Shown: piece by piece, positions 1 to 11,678 of the stretch
Layout: the number at the start of each line of letters is the position of its first letter
Numbering within the stretch: the first letter of the stretch is position 1
Source of the DNA: Saccostrea echinata
Lineage: Eukaryota
Reading direction: 5' to 3'
Assembly: GCF_033153115.1 (NCBI RefSeq)
Contig: NW_026889805.1
Coordinates: forward strand, 6,076,001 to 6,140,000
DNA length: 64,000 bases
The notes under the pieces: generated by a model
Seen by the model: the letters and a program-made list of their open reading frames with translations, nothing else
Told to the model about the DNA's origin: nothing
The model's database searches: none
Translations under genes and position numbers: made by a program

Positions 1-573
1 ATGTTTGACACTATTTAATGCAATTAATAGATTTCCTAGATAAAAATATACATTAAAATACAATTGTGGTAATAACAATTTAAACAATTTTGATTTAATT
101 ACTTAAGACATAAAAATGCCAACCTTTACTTGACTTTATTTAGTATAGCTAATTAAAATACAAGCCAATACATGTACATGTACTAACATTACAACACTGT
201 CTTGTACACCCCTACCTATTTCATTATCTCTCATAAATATAAAAATGATTTGAGTTCAGCACAATGTTAGATCCATCCCACTGTATCTCGCCCTCCTGCT
301 TTTTTTTTTATTTGTTACAAACTTGTTTTTAGCAATCCATTAAGATTATGAAGACATCTCTCTCCTTCATTTCCAAGTTCTGAAACCTACACTGAAATTA
401 CACAGGACACTCTTTGATCTAATATTTAAAAGACCCATGGGAGATTCCCAACACAAGGAATCATGGAAAATTCCTGATAGGCTCATATTCAGCCAACCAG
501 ATACTTTTGAGTTGGAGGGAGACACTCTTGCTGTCAGAAGATCCACAACCAGACCAGTTACTAGCCACCACCA

Positions 574-2954
574 TCACTGAGATTTACGGCCAGTTACTTT
601 CCTTTGTCTATTCCTAAAACACACATATACATTACTAACTTACTTAATCCTCTTCATGCATTTCAGCAAATAAGGCAGCTTACCGTATAACATGTATTTT
701 CTGTGGGTGGACATTTTTGCAATTTGACCACTTGAAAGGTAGCAAATTAATTTCTGGGGTTGCAATAATCTCGGAAATTCATTTACAGGATTTGATTACT
801 GATATAAAGGATTTGGTTGAACACTCTGTTTTAGGTATTTTACTATATATAGATTACAAGGTATAAATCATGCAGCTCTACTCTCTTTCAGTTTGTGTTC
901 ATATAACATTTATTTCATACCCCAGTAAGCATTTTTTTTTTTTACAATTATACAGTAATTAGAAAAATAAGGTGAAATCAGACTAAAAACTACCTTGATA
1001 TCAGCCACACTTGTCAAGTTTGAGAAGAAAAGATGAAGCATTTAAATTATATCTGAATTATTTATCTAAAGAAAAATTTGTGATTGCAATTTTTGCAAAT
1101 TTGTGCCATCTGCAGAAATTGGACAACCTCAGAAAATACCCTTTATACAATATATATCTGGTACATGTAATAATTTTTTTTAAAAACATAAAATAGACAT
1201 AATTATTACATTTTCAACAGTGAAATACTGTGATTTATTTATTGAATAAAAGTGATATTCTCTCACAGTGTGAAAGGATACCCAAAATGATATTCTCTCA
1301 CAGTGTGAAAGGATATCAAAGTAAGTAAATTATAATTTCTGGCCTATCATAAGGTAGAGATAGTAACTAATCATCTTGACAGAGCTAAAACTGCACATTT
1401 CTCCCCAAATATGTTATGCTATGTAATGTTTTCAATCTCACAACTGCTAAGCTATGACGTCTCAACCGCTCAACTATGACATCAAGCCTATAACACCGTG
1501 TTAAGAAAAGACAGAGGCAAAGGGAAAATCAAAGAAAATGTAATAAACAGAAAATTCAATGTTTTGTAGATGAATATGGAATTATTTTTACTTGTGAGAC
1601 AGGATTTTTTGGATATTTTCACTCGTGCTTCGCACTCGTGAAATATCAAAAAATCCTGTCCCACTCGTGAAATAAATTCCATATTCATCTACAAAACATT
1701 GAATATCCTCTATATCCAACTGAATTAAACCTTTAGAACCACACTGAATTAAACCTTTAGAACCACACTACACATTATTAACATTCTACTGACTTATAGT
1801 ACATTGTTTTAACATTTACAGTAATAATTAAAAATGTCTCATCTCACATCTTGTAAACCATATCAAAATTCTAACAGATTTTTACAATTTTCCTTTAGAG
1901 AACTACTTAATTGGTCATACCTGGCTTCCGATCTGGATGATGTATATTCAAACCACATAACATGTGGAATTAACGTTGAATCTCTTAGCATTAAAAATTC
2001 TCCAACAGGACTGCAAAGACAGAAAAAGACTGATACTGAGGCCAACTTTAAAATAATGTTTGTTTGCCCTCTCCCAACTCAGGATGAAAAAATTGGTAGG
2101 TAAGTGAGAAATTTTTTCCCCAGAAAATTTCAACATCAGTGCTGAATTTTCAAAATCTATTTCCGAAATTCATTAAAAAAAAAAAAAAAAAAGCTGCTTC
2201 CTGGAGGTAAAAAAATTTTGAGTTGGGCCATTTTTAGTAGGTCAGTCAGAAGAGGGCAACTAATTTTTTAAAGGTTGACCTGGACTTTTTTTAAGCAATA
2301 CTATACACTACTGAGCAACTTCTCTCAAAAAACATTCAATTAAACTTCAGAATCTTAAACATCCACAAGTCAAATATCTTTGATACATCTAAGTGAGACT
2401 GTCCTGACCAATATTTGAACTCCATTATACCTTGGAGCTTTTTTTGACAGTCCATTTTATTCAAGATTTTGAGGCTTAATTTTAAACAATACATTTATTT
2501 TATTATGAATTAAACATACTGTATACAGGGTTATTTTTGCCCAATGTTATTTTCGCCCTTTCATGCTTGAAAATAATTTTGCCCAGTTTTAAAATCACCC
2601 AAACACAGTAAAGCTAAGGAGATACTGCTAATTTCTTTGAGTTTGCCCCATTTTAAATTCGCCCTCTTGCAAAGAGGGCAAATGTGGCAAAAATAAAACG
2701 GGGGCAAAAATTTCCCTGTATACAGTATTAGAGAGAATTAGACAGCAGATACTGCCTTTTGAGGCTTGACCGTATGTCAGAGACTGTGTTCTCGGGCAAA
2801 ATGCATTTTGTCTACCCCTCGAACCAAACTGATTGCCTGAGGCCTAACGACCTCAAGCAAACAGTTTAGTTCTTGCATGATGGGTCCAACAAAACACAGG
2901 TTGCCCTCGAACACAGTCAATATATCTATCTATCTTTCTATCTATCTATCTATG

Positions 2955-2989
<35 letters not shown>

Positions 2990-5900
2990 GTATGCTTGTT
3001 AACATTTTGAACTCACTGAGAGGCTAAATGTGGAAAACAGGGTGTTAATATTAATTGTACTACAGCAAACCACAAAGCTCCCAGGAAAATTCCTAGCAGC
3101 GCCCCACAGGAAACCTGTCCAAATGTGTGATAGCCTAGGTACACTCTGAAAATAGATACAAATGTACCAACATTACCTAGTAAAATCTATACATACAGGT
3201 TTAACTGAGGTAGAATTTTGTGCAATAGTTGTCTTACAAAAGTTTATATAAATTATTCAATTGGTCAAGTGATAATAAAAATTATTACATATACATATAT
3301 TTTCAGCATCATGAGATGTAGATAAGGTGAAATATAAGCTATGGCTATACATAATGTACAAAATAAGACTTTGCCAGTCTTGTAATAGTATTCATAATCC
3401 CATTAAAAAAAGAATAATCAATCTAACTCTTGCTTAGGTAGCCATAAATTACCTCATACCACTTTTCTCTTAAAAACCAGCTAAAGACTTACCTACTATA
3501 TAGAACTGCTGAGGATAATGTGAAGCATACAATACTGACTAGATATTTCCATAAATCATCCATCAAGCTGTGATTTCTATAAACTCTGTAATCATGATAA
3601 AACAATAAAGTATCAGCGTATTATGTGTACAAGTGTAAGTAAATATTTTTTTAATATCATTATTTAATAATAGGCTTTATTATATGATAAATTCCTAGCT
3701 CTCTGATTGGCTGAGATCCAACACCATAGAAAAAAATACTACTTTATATTCACATCATATGACCTTTCATATTTTTTTTCTTTATTGGACTAAATATAGA
3801 TTAAGAACCCTTAGTAATAAAAAGTTATTTTGAGTTAGATGTCAATTTCTTTTCCTACCCCCCCCCCCCCCCCCTTTACTATGATGCTACATGCCTGATT
3901 TATTTTTTTTCTTTAAAACAAATTCAGGAATTTCAAATTAATACAACTGTTTATGTTTATTTTCACCATCATATTGATCTCAAAAACAGCAGTAATTGTA
4001 TAATAAGTGCAAATAAATCATGATATAAATACCGTATAAATAAGAAGAACACCATGTAAGTTGAGAAAAACCATGCAAACTGGGCATGACTGGATGGCAT
4101 CCCATACTCTGTGAAGAGTACAGCTCGATCTGACAAAAAAAAAAGAAGTATACATTAAAAAGGAGAGATAACAGAGTCTCTTGTGCTTGTTTGCATCGTA
4201 TTCTTAAATGACTTGGAGAAATGGCTGTCCTGCTTTTCCACTATTTTGTTTAAGTCCTGTCTGCTTTTCCACAATAATTACTTCACATTGCTTTTCATTG
4301 GAATAGCAGTATGACTTGTTGTGGAAAAGCAGGGGGTTTTTTTCTTGGTAAAGCAATGACTAATTGCAAAAAAGTGGAACAATAGGCTAAACCCCAGAAG
4401 GACTGAGTGAACTAGCACTTCTATAACAAAACTAATACCCCATTTCTCTCACAGCACACTCAAAACAAATATATTTGAAAGTTTGTGTTGTGGTCCACAA
4501 AGGTATTTTTCTAGGGATGGGTATCGCCAAAAATTTCGTATTGCGATATATCACAATTTTTTCCCACAATATCACGGTAATATCATAATATTTTTACAAG
4601 CAATTTTTACAATGATTTTAAATTAATATTCATAACTTCCCCGAAAAGTATGCTGGAAAAACATAGCTTCATTTTTTTTCATTTTTTTATTTACATAATA
4701 TCAAGCAATTTTGGATGCTATGATGCCTTTCTTTTACCGTTTTCAACATTGATTACACTTCCTGTAATTGTAATTTGAAAGATAGAACAAATAAATGAAT
4801 AATTTCTGGAATTTATAACTATGTACCTAAATACCGGTATTTTAGTCTCCGTATCACGATACGTATCACGCAATTTAAAATCACAATATACCGGTATACC
4901 GATAAAATCGCACATCCCTATATTTTTCACTTACAAACTGTTTAACCTTGATCCAAATGATGTTAGTTCCATATGTAAACACAACACTGGTCATAAGCTG
5001 CCTTTGAGGTTTAAATGGGCTTTCATTATTACTGCATTACAAAAACCAGAAATCTCTGACAAGACGTAGCTCTACTAGTTTGTACTTATTACAAAGGAAG
5101 AGAAAAGTAGCACTTAGACTTGAAACTTTGCAACAGCAATAAATAAAATAATGATCCTTGGTTAAGTCTCTCTTTGTGGCAAGATTTATTGCAATCAAAC
5201 TAAAACTGTAGGAAGAGTAACCATTTAAAAGAATTTTACAAATTTCAATTTTAGTAACCATTGCAACATCAGTCATCAAAATCAAAAAAACAATTAACTT
5301 AAAGACAAAATATTGAAATCAGACCAAAACTGTAGGAGGAATAGCTTTTTGAAAGTATTTCACATGAATTTCTATTTTTAGTAACAATGGCAACACTATT
5401 CAACAAAATCAAAAACTGATGTAAAGAATTATGTATCTTTATGTAGTCTACTTGTGTGCCAAGTTATATTGAAATCAGACCAAAACTGTAGGAAGAATAG
5501 TGTTTTAAAGGAATTTCACAGAAATTTATATTTTTAGTAACCATGGCGACATCCTTCATCAAAATAAACAAGAGGCCCAGGGGCCACATTGCTCACCTGA
5601 GCACTCTGGCTAGGAAAAAAAAAACAGTACAGTATTGGGAGAAGGGGGGGGGGGGGGGTATGAGTAGGGCTGGATACCGGTACTCGGTACCAATACCGTA
5701 CCGAATAGTTACTTCAAAAATACCGGTAAAATACCGTTTCATTTAATACCGGTACTAATAACGGTACTATTTCTTAATCTTAGAAACATTTTAATACATT
5801 CAAAATGACTTAAAACTCGCTAAAATAGAATTCTCCGCACATTGAAAGGGTAGGCTAATTAACGAAATGGATGCTTAGTACGACACTTGCTTCCAACTTT

Positions 5901-8900
5901 CAGTACGTATATCTCTTTTATTAAAAAAATTTAAATACATTAAAATTAATCGTGTTTTAACTTAATTAATAAAAACTGATAATAAATGTAAATTAAAAAG
6001 GCAAAATGTCGAAAAAATCTGATGTGCATTTCTATCCATGTTCTAATGTTTCGTTGTTTATTGCGACCAAACAAAATGGGTCCTAGCAACCACGAAAGTT
6101 GTGTATACTTGTGATTATGTATCTATTCAAATTAATTTGTTTGAGATTCAATTTATTTGTTTTGTTGGTCATTTATTAAAAGGTTGAAATATAAACATAG
6201 TTTATAAGCTCATTTTAGGTTATAACATTGAAAGGTTGATGATTGGTGAAAGCATATTTGTTATGAAATCAACCCTTATTCTCATTCATCAAGGTATAGT
6301 ACCGTATCGTTAAAAATACCGTATCGTTTCAAAAATACCGGTATGGTATCGTACCGTTTCATCCTTAACGGTATCCAACCCTATGTATGAGTTGAACAAA
6401 CTTGAATCTACACTTCCTGAGGATGCTTTTGAATAAATGACACATCACGGCTTTGCTGTTCTTAAGAGCATTTTTTTTATTGATATATCCTTTATATTCC
6501 TTTGAATAACTATGATGCCCTGCAATAGCCCCTCTATACTCCTGGGGGGTGGGGTCAGGATTTGAAAAAAAATTAATCTTCAATACCTGAGGATGCTTTT
6601 AAATTATTATGACCAATCATAGGTTTGCTGTTCTTGAGAAGAATTTTAAAGATTTTTCCTATGTAAAACTTTGATCCCCCATTGTGGCCCCACCTTCTCC
6701 CAGAGGTCATGATTTGAACAAACTTGAATCTACACTACCTGAGGATGTTTCCACATAAGTTTCATCTTTCCTGGCCCTGTGGTTCTTGAGAAGAAGATTT
6801 TTAAAAGATGCCATTAATCTAATTCCTAATTATTTCCCCTTGAAAGAGGGTGTGGCCCTTCATTTCAAAAAACTTGAATCCCCTTCATCCAAGGACACTT
6901 TGTGACAAGTTTAGTTGAAATTAGACCAGTGGTTCTTGAGAAGAAGTCGAAAATGTGAAAAGTTTACAGATAGACAGATGGACAGACAGAGGAACAAACA
7001 GACGGACACTAGACACAATGTGATCAGAAAAGCTCACTTGAGACTTCAGCTCAGGTGAGCTAAAAAGCCAAATATTTGTTTAAATTCAATAATATATTTT
7101 GTCAATTTTGTTTTTTTTAATATTATATAAAAACATTTTTGCACATTTCAAGATATTCAAAATTTTGAATTTTGCAGTATTTGGGCAGGAATAAGCCTTT
7201 ACTGCATAGAGTTCTTTATAACAAGAACAGGAAATTTTCTGCTTTCAAACCTTTACATATAAAGCAACCTATGGTAAGTACAGTAAAACTCGGTTATAGC
7301 AAAGTCCTGAGGCCCTTTGAATTTACATCGCTATATCCTTAATTCATTATATCCGTATGAGGAATTTCTTAAATTATGTATAGCTAATTTGCAATAAACA
7401 TGACTGTTTTCCTTTATGTATGACTTCTGAATATGTTCAGGAAATATCTTGAAGAACTAAAAATTTTAGATGAATTTAATTTCATGCATACATTAATGAA
7501 AAATAGGGTCGTTTTTTGGCTGACATGTTTCATACCAATTGTTAGGCCTTTGTTTTTGTACTGAAACTTTTAGGGCCAATATCACTAAGTATAAAAAGTC
7601 CTTCTTTTAAAATAATTTCTTTTTCTTCAATATACCAGCTCTGACATGATAAACAGGTGCAAAATACTTTCACAATCTGATCTTTAAAAAGTACATGTTT
7701 ATTTCAAAAAACACATTATTCAATTTATGTGGAATATTTGTAAAATGTTAAGTGAAAATCATTGCATTTAATGAGTACAAAATTTTGGTACCCACATATT
7801 TTTTTTTTCAAATGGAGTGAAACAGTGCCGTGACCTGGGCAGTGCAGGTAATGACCTCTAAATAATTACCTCTAAGGGGCCTATGCTCTCTGATCATGTG
7901 CTTAAGAATCCAGTTACATGCTTCATTCAGCAGAAGACCGGTAAAATAAGAAATCTGAAATTTAAAAAAAATATAGCTTAAAATGAAATTTTAAAAAATG
8001 GATACAAAATGATTATTGGCTTATGTTTTTATAAACACTGTATTAAAATATCATACATATGACACTATATGATTGCAAGAATTCTTCATAAGAGACTCAC
8101 AACATTTTTGATCATACTTTTCCTTAATAATTAAAATTTTGCCTTTTCAACTCAAAATCTACAGTTGGTACTTGCCAAAGTCAAGGTCAAAGGCCAAGGT
8201 TAACTCAGATGGTATACATTTAAAAACATCTATTTGTGATTTAAGGAATCACTGTCTGGTTTGTTGGGTATGCCAGGGCACCAATGATAGTTGGAAACAT
8301 GGGATAATTTGCATAATGGGCAAAGCTCCTTATGCATAAATTATCCCATGTTTCCAACTGTCGTTGATGTCCCTGGCATAGCCAACAAACTAGACAGTGA
8401 TTCTTTATATTTACATTTATATATGAAATAAAATTGTAAATATAAATTTTTAAAAATTATGTCTAATAGATTTAAAATACATGAGGCACCACATGTTAAT
8501 TTCAATAGTCCCTGCCCACTGACGTCAGACACAAAGACAGCCGCACAAGATTGAAATGCATATTAGACTCCTGACCTTTCACTTCGTGAAATTTATATTC
8601 AGATGTAATTATTAAGAAATCAACTCACCAAACTGTCAAAGAGTTAGAATTTCAGAGAAAACAATTAGACATGTAAATATTTACCCATGACAGTGAGAAT
8701 AGATAATTCTGTGTCTGATTTACAAATACTGGTAACAAGGCTGAAGATAAAAGTCAAGGCCAGCTCTGCCAGAAACAAATCAAAATATGTAATTCTGATT
8801 TACCTATGAGGAAAGTTATGAAAATCAGCATAGGACTTCCTAAACAAATATAAATACTCTAATCAATTGTCAATCCTCGGTTGATTCCGCTATGCTCCAT

Positions 8901-11527
8901 AAAAACCTCGGATGTGATTGGTGAAGGAATATGCATCAAATCGATACATTTCTCTGCCGGAAACTGCCTTGTATCTCATTCCATATTTTGCTCTGCATAA
9001 AGTTCTTCAAAATTTTTTTTAACTTGTCTAATTCTTCCTTGTATATAGGTATTGATTACAACCTTACATTTAGTAGTCTTTGAAAGCAAAAACATAGTAT
9101 CGCCGTAAACTGCCTTGTATCTCATTTCATATTTCGCTCTGCATAAAGTTCTTCAAAATTTTTATTAACTTGTCTAATTCTTCCTTGTATATAAGTATTG
9201 ATTACAACCTTAAGTTAGTAGTCTTTGAAAGCAAAAACATAGTGTTGGGCAAGCCACATAGTAACTTAAATTTCAAAGGTATAACATTTGGAGGAATTTC
9301 AAATAAGATAATATGACTGTATCCGCAAAATGGTAGAACACTGTTTACGTCCGAGGTTAGTATGCGAGGCACGAGTCACCCAAGGAGCTCCGAGTGTGCT
9401 TTATTTGCAATATCAAAAAGTCAAGGTTTAGGTCATCTCTGTTGGCAGTAATTGATTAACATCCTAATGAAGCCCTGCATGAAACAATCTAATTGAAATT
9501 AGATCTTACAAGCTCTCATATTTTGTTATGTTGGCTTAAAACAATATAACAAAATACAGGAGCATGAGGGATCTAATTTAATTAGATTGCATGTGCATGA
9601 AATTGATGATATTCTGAACAACTTGCCAAAAATGAATCTAAACGTTCAGCTAAACAAAATTTTTGATGCAGACAAATATGGTCATATTTTGTCTATCCAC
9701 ATTGGTACATTACTTTATAAATGCTTCTTAAGGACTGTGTAAACACTTCACTTATAATTTTATTTTTCAAAGGGCTTTATGAAAATTTCTTCCATACTAA
9801 TACAGTTGATCTCAAAAATCAATATAATGTATTCATCAGTTTGTAAGTTTAAATAAATCTTCAATTATGACACTCTTGTACATCATAAAATATTTATTCA
9901 CAGCATGGTAATCACTATAGGAATCATGTGGCCATGCTGTGATTTTTTTTTTACAACTTTTATCCACAGCCTAGGCCTCTTTCTGTCCCCTCTTTCTATT
10001 CATATAGCAAGTACAAAATTGAAGATGTAAATGCTTCTCTTAAACCTACATATATAACCTTGTTGTCTTGATTTTTCAATGACCATTAAATGCTTTTTAT
10101 ATAAACAATTTAACAAAAATTACTGCAATTTGTAATAGAAGATTATTCATTTTTTCCACACAGGTATTGAGGAAATGTTAACTTACAGTATGTAAATCTC
10201 TTCTAAATAAAATCAATGTGATAAATCCAACAATGGTAAAAATGGGTAAAAGGCTGCACCAAGCTAGAATACATCCTACAAAGTCACCTGAAAATATAAA
10301 TACAATTCGTCAGTTTCAAAAGAATTTCTTACAGTTGCTCATTTATGTAAAAGTATGAAAGCGGTGTGTGATAATTGTAATTTTCAGCCTTTCAGGAAAT
10401 AATAAGAGTGAAATCTTCAAAAGTTGCAAAGCAAATTCTTATAGTAATAGAAAGGCAGAATTAGACAAACCAGACCATGATCAGAATTGGGCTTCTGAAT
10501 TCTAGAAGGTGCTCTACCAACTTAGCAATCTGCTCAACTGTTAAACCAACCTGTCTGGCCATTGCATTTCTCCCTCCCTACTAGGAGAGGTCTTTATCCT
10601 TCTAAATAAACCAGACTCATACTTGGCTGGTTTTTACAACTGTCACTTCCAAGGCAATGAAGGCATGGCACTTTAACGAGTGTAACAAGAAGTGAGAGAA
10701 TGTGAAAGACCAGCCCAATTTAAGCCCACACCCTCTGAACTCTACACAGCAATCTTGTCAATGGCAAACAAATCTGCCTGGCCATCAAATCCCTCCCTTT
10801 ATGTTTCTGCCCCAAAGATATCAAGTACATTTCTGAAAGGTCTTTCCGTGTCGCTTGCAAGGAACTGAATGTGAAAAGAATGTGGAATATGGGACGGACT
10901 AGACTTGGATTCAAATATGAACCTGTCTATAGATATGCACCTGTCTATATATCAGGGAGATCTATAGACAGGTGCTCCATAAAGGTGAGAAAGAAATGTC
11001 TAGAATTGAATACTCCCATTTCATTTCCTCTATAGAGTAGCAAAACAATTTATCAGACGGTAATTTTTATAATAAACTGCTATAAACACACACCAAAACC
11101 TTACCTGTAGAAGTAAAATTGGTAGTTTTATGATATATGTAACTTGATTTGCTCCATAATTCAGAGCTAATAAGGTTATGAAATATGTTTTCAAAATAGT
11201 AGAAAGTTTGAATACTTCTGCATTTTAGCCAATGACATGCACTCCATATAATTTAAACAAGGGCAACCAAAGTGCGAAGCTATCAACGAAGAGGCAATAT
11301 GATTAAATTTGCAGGTGTATCCTACGTGTAGGAATGGGAGATAACCGCAGTATTTTGATTAATATTTACAGATGTGCTAGTGACTCCAAATGTGTAGATA
11401 AGGCAAATGAGTCTGATGGAAACAAACCTTTTGGATATTCTACATGGGTTAAAGATACAGATTTCCAAACCACATCAGTAAAAGCATTATCTGTTTGTGT
11501 GGTCTGCATTTTGTCAGCATCATCCAT
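574..11527 (-). CDS. DOLPP1: Dolichyldiphosphatase 1 (PAP2-family lipid phosphatase), 8 coding exons, 244 aa
   Basis: Exons (minus): 11428-11527, 10187-10287, 7870-7954, 4033-4129, 3493-3585, 3017-3145, 1921-2010, 574-613. All introns are GT-AG, phases are consistent, total 735 nt. Translation includes [22 protein letters not shown], the PAP2 motifs KHMIREHRP / [10 protein letters not shown] / [24 protein letters not shown] and C-terminal [13 protein letters not shown], matching the known DOLPP1 pattern. Confidence 0.95.
2519..2725. mobile_element. Tc1/mariner-type MITE
   Basis: ta|ctgtatacaggg...ccctgtatacag|ta. Confidence 0.8.
2921..2980. repeat. (tatc)n/(ta)n microsatellite
   Basis: Directly visible in the sequence. 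Confidence 0.9.
4512..4920. mobile_element. hAT-type MITE
   Basis: TIR tagggatg...catcccta with a perfect 8-bp TSD tatttttc on both sides. Confidence 0.88.
5567..7066 (+). mobile_element. Helentron-associated non-autonomous element (HINE-like) with ~166-bp satellite-type core, interrupted by a MITE
   Basis: Starts aacaagaggccc...gctcacctgag and ends with a (gaca) microsatellite plus the hairpin agctcacttgag...ctcaggtgagct-aaaaa. The same ends occur at 21587-22684 and 14877. Confidence 0.8.
5665..6383. mobile_element. hAT-type MITE inserted in a HINE
   Basis: TIR tagggctggataccg...cggtatccaacccta; 8-bp TSD ggtatgag/tgtatgag (one mismatch); subterminal taccg repeats. Confidence 0.85.
8961..9243. 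repeat. Near-identical direct duplication of ~138 bp
   Basis: aaactgccttgtatctcatt...gaaagcaaaaacatagt occurs at 8961-9098 and 9107-9243. Confidence 0.9.
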
Positions 11528-11678
11528 TGCACCGGAAGTGATTGTTGCGCTTGCGACAATTCCGACGGTGTTTATCAAAGACAATGCCATTGGTTGGAAT
11601 CGAATAACTGTAAACAATGTACCCGTACGGTTTTAGAACCTGAAATCTGATTGGACGTAAAAGGGGATTTCCAAAAAT
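11528..11678. promoter_or_regulatory. Compact bidirectional promoter/5'UTR region between DOLPP1 and QTRT1
   Basis: The divergent start codons are at 11527 (-) and 11679 (+). The interval has an ETS/GABP-type ACCGGAAGTG (11531-11540), two ATTGG (reverse CCAAT) boxes (~11590, ~11650) and a YY1-like AATATGGC overlapping the QTRT1 ATG. Confidence 0.75.

Noticed and set aside
1250-1770. Small local duplications (tgatattctctcacagtgtgaaaggata x2; actgaattaaacctttagaaccac x2)
   Set aside because: Ordinary two-copy slippage events not associated with splice junctions.
11334-11636. 100-aa plus-strand ORF, and the upstream extension of the minus ORF to 11617
   Set aside because: The plus ORF is the antisense shadow of DOLPP1 exon 1. 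The extension lies in the promoter interval and shows no recognisable DOLPP1 similarity, so ATG 11527 was preferred.
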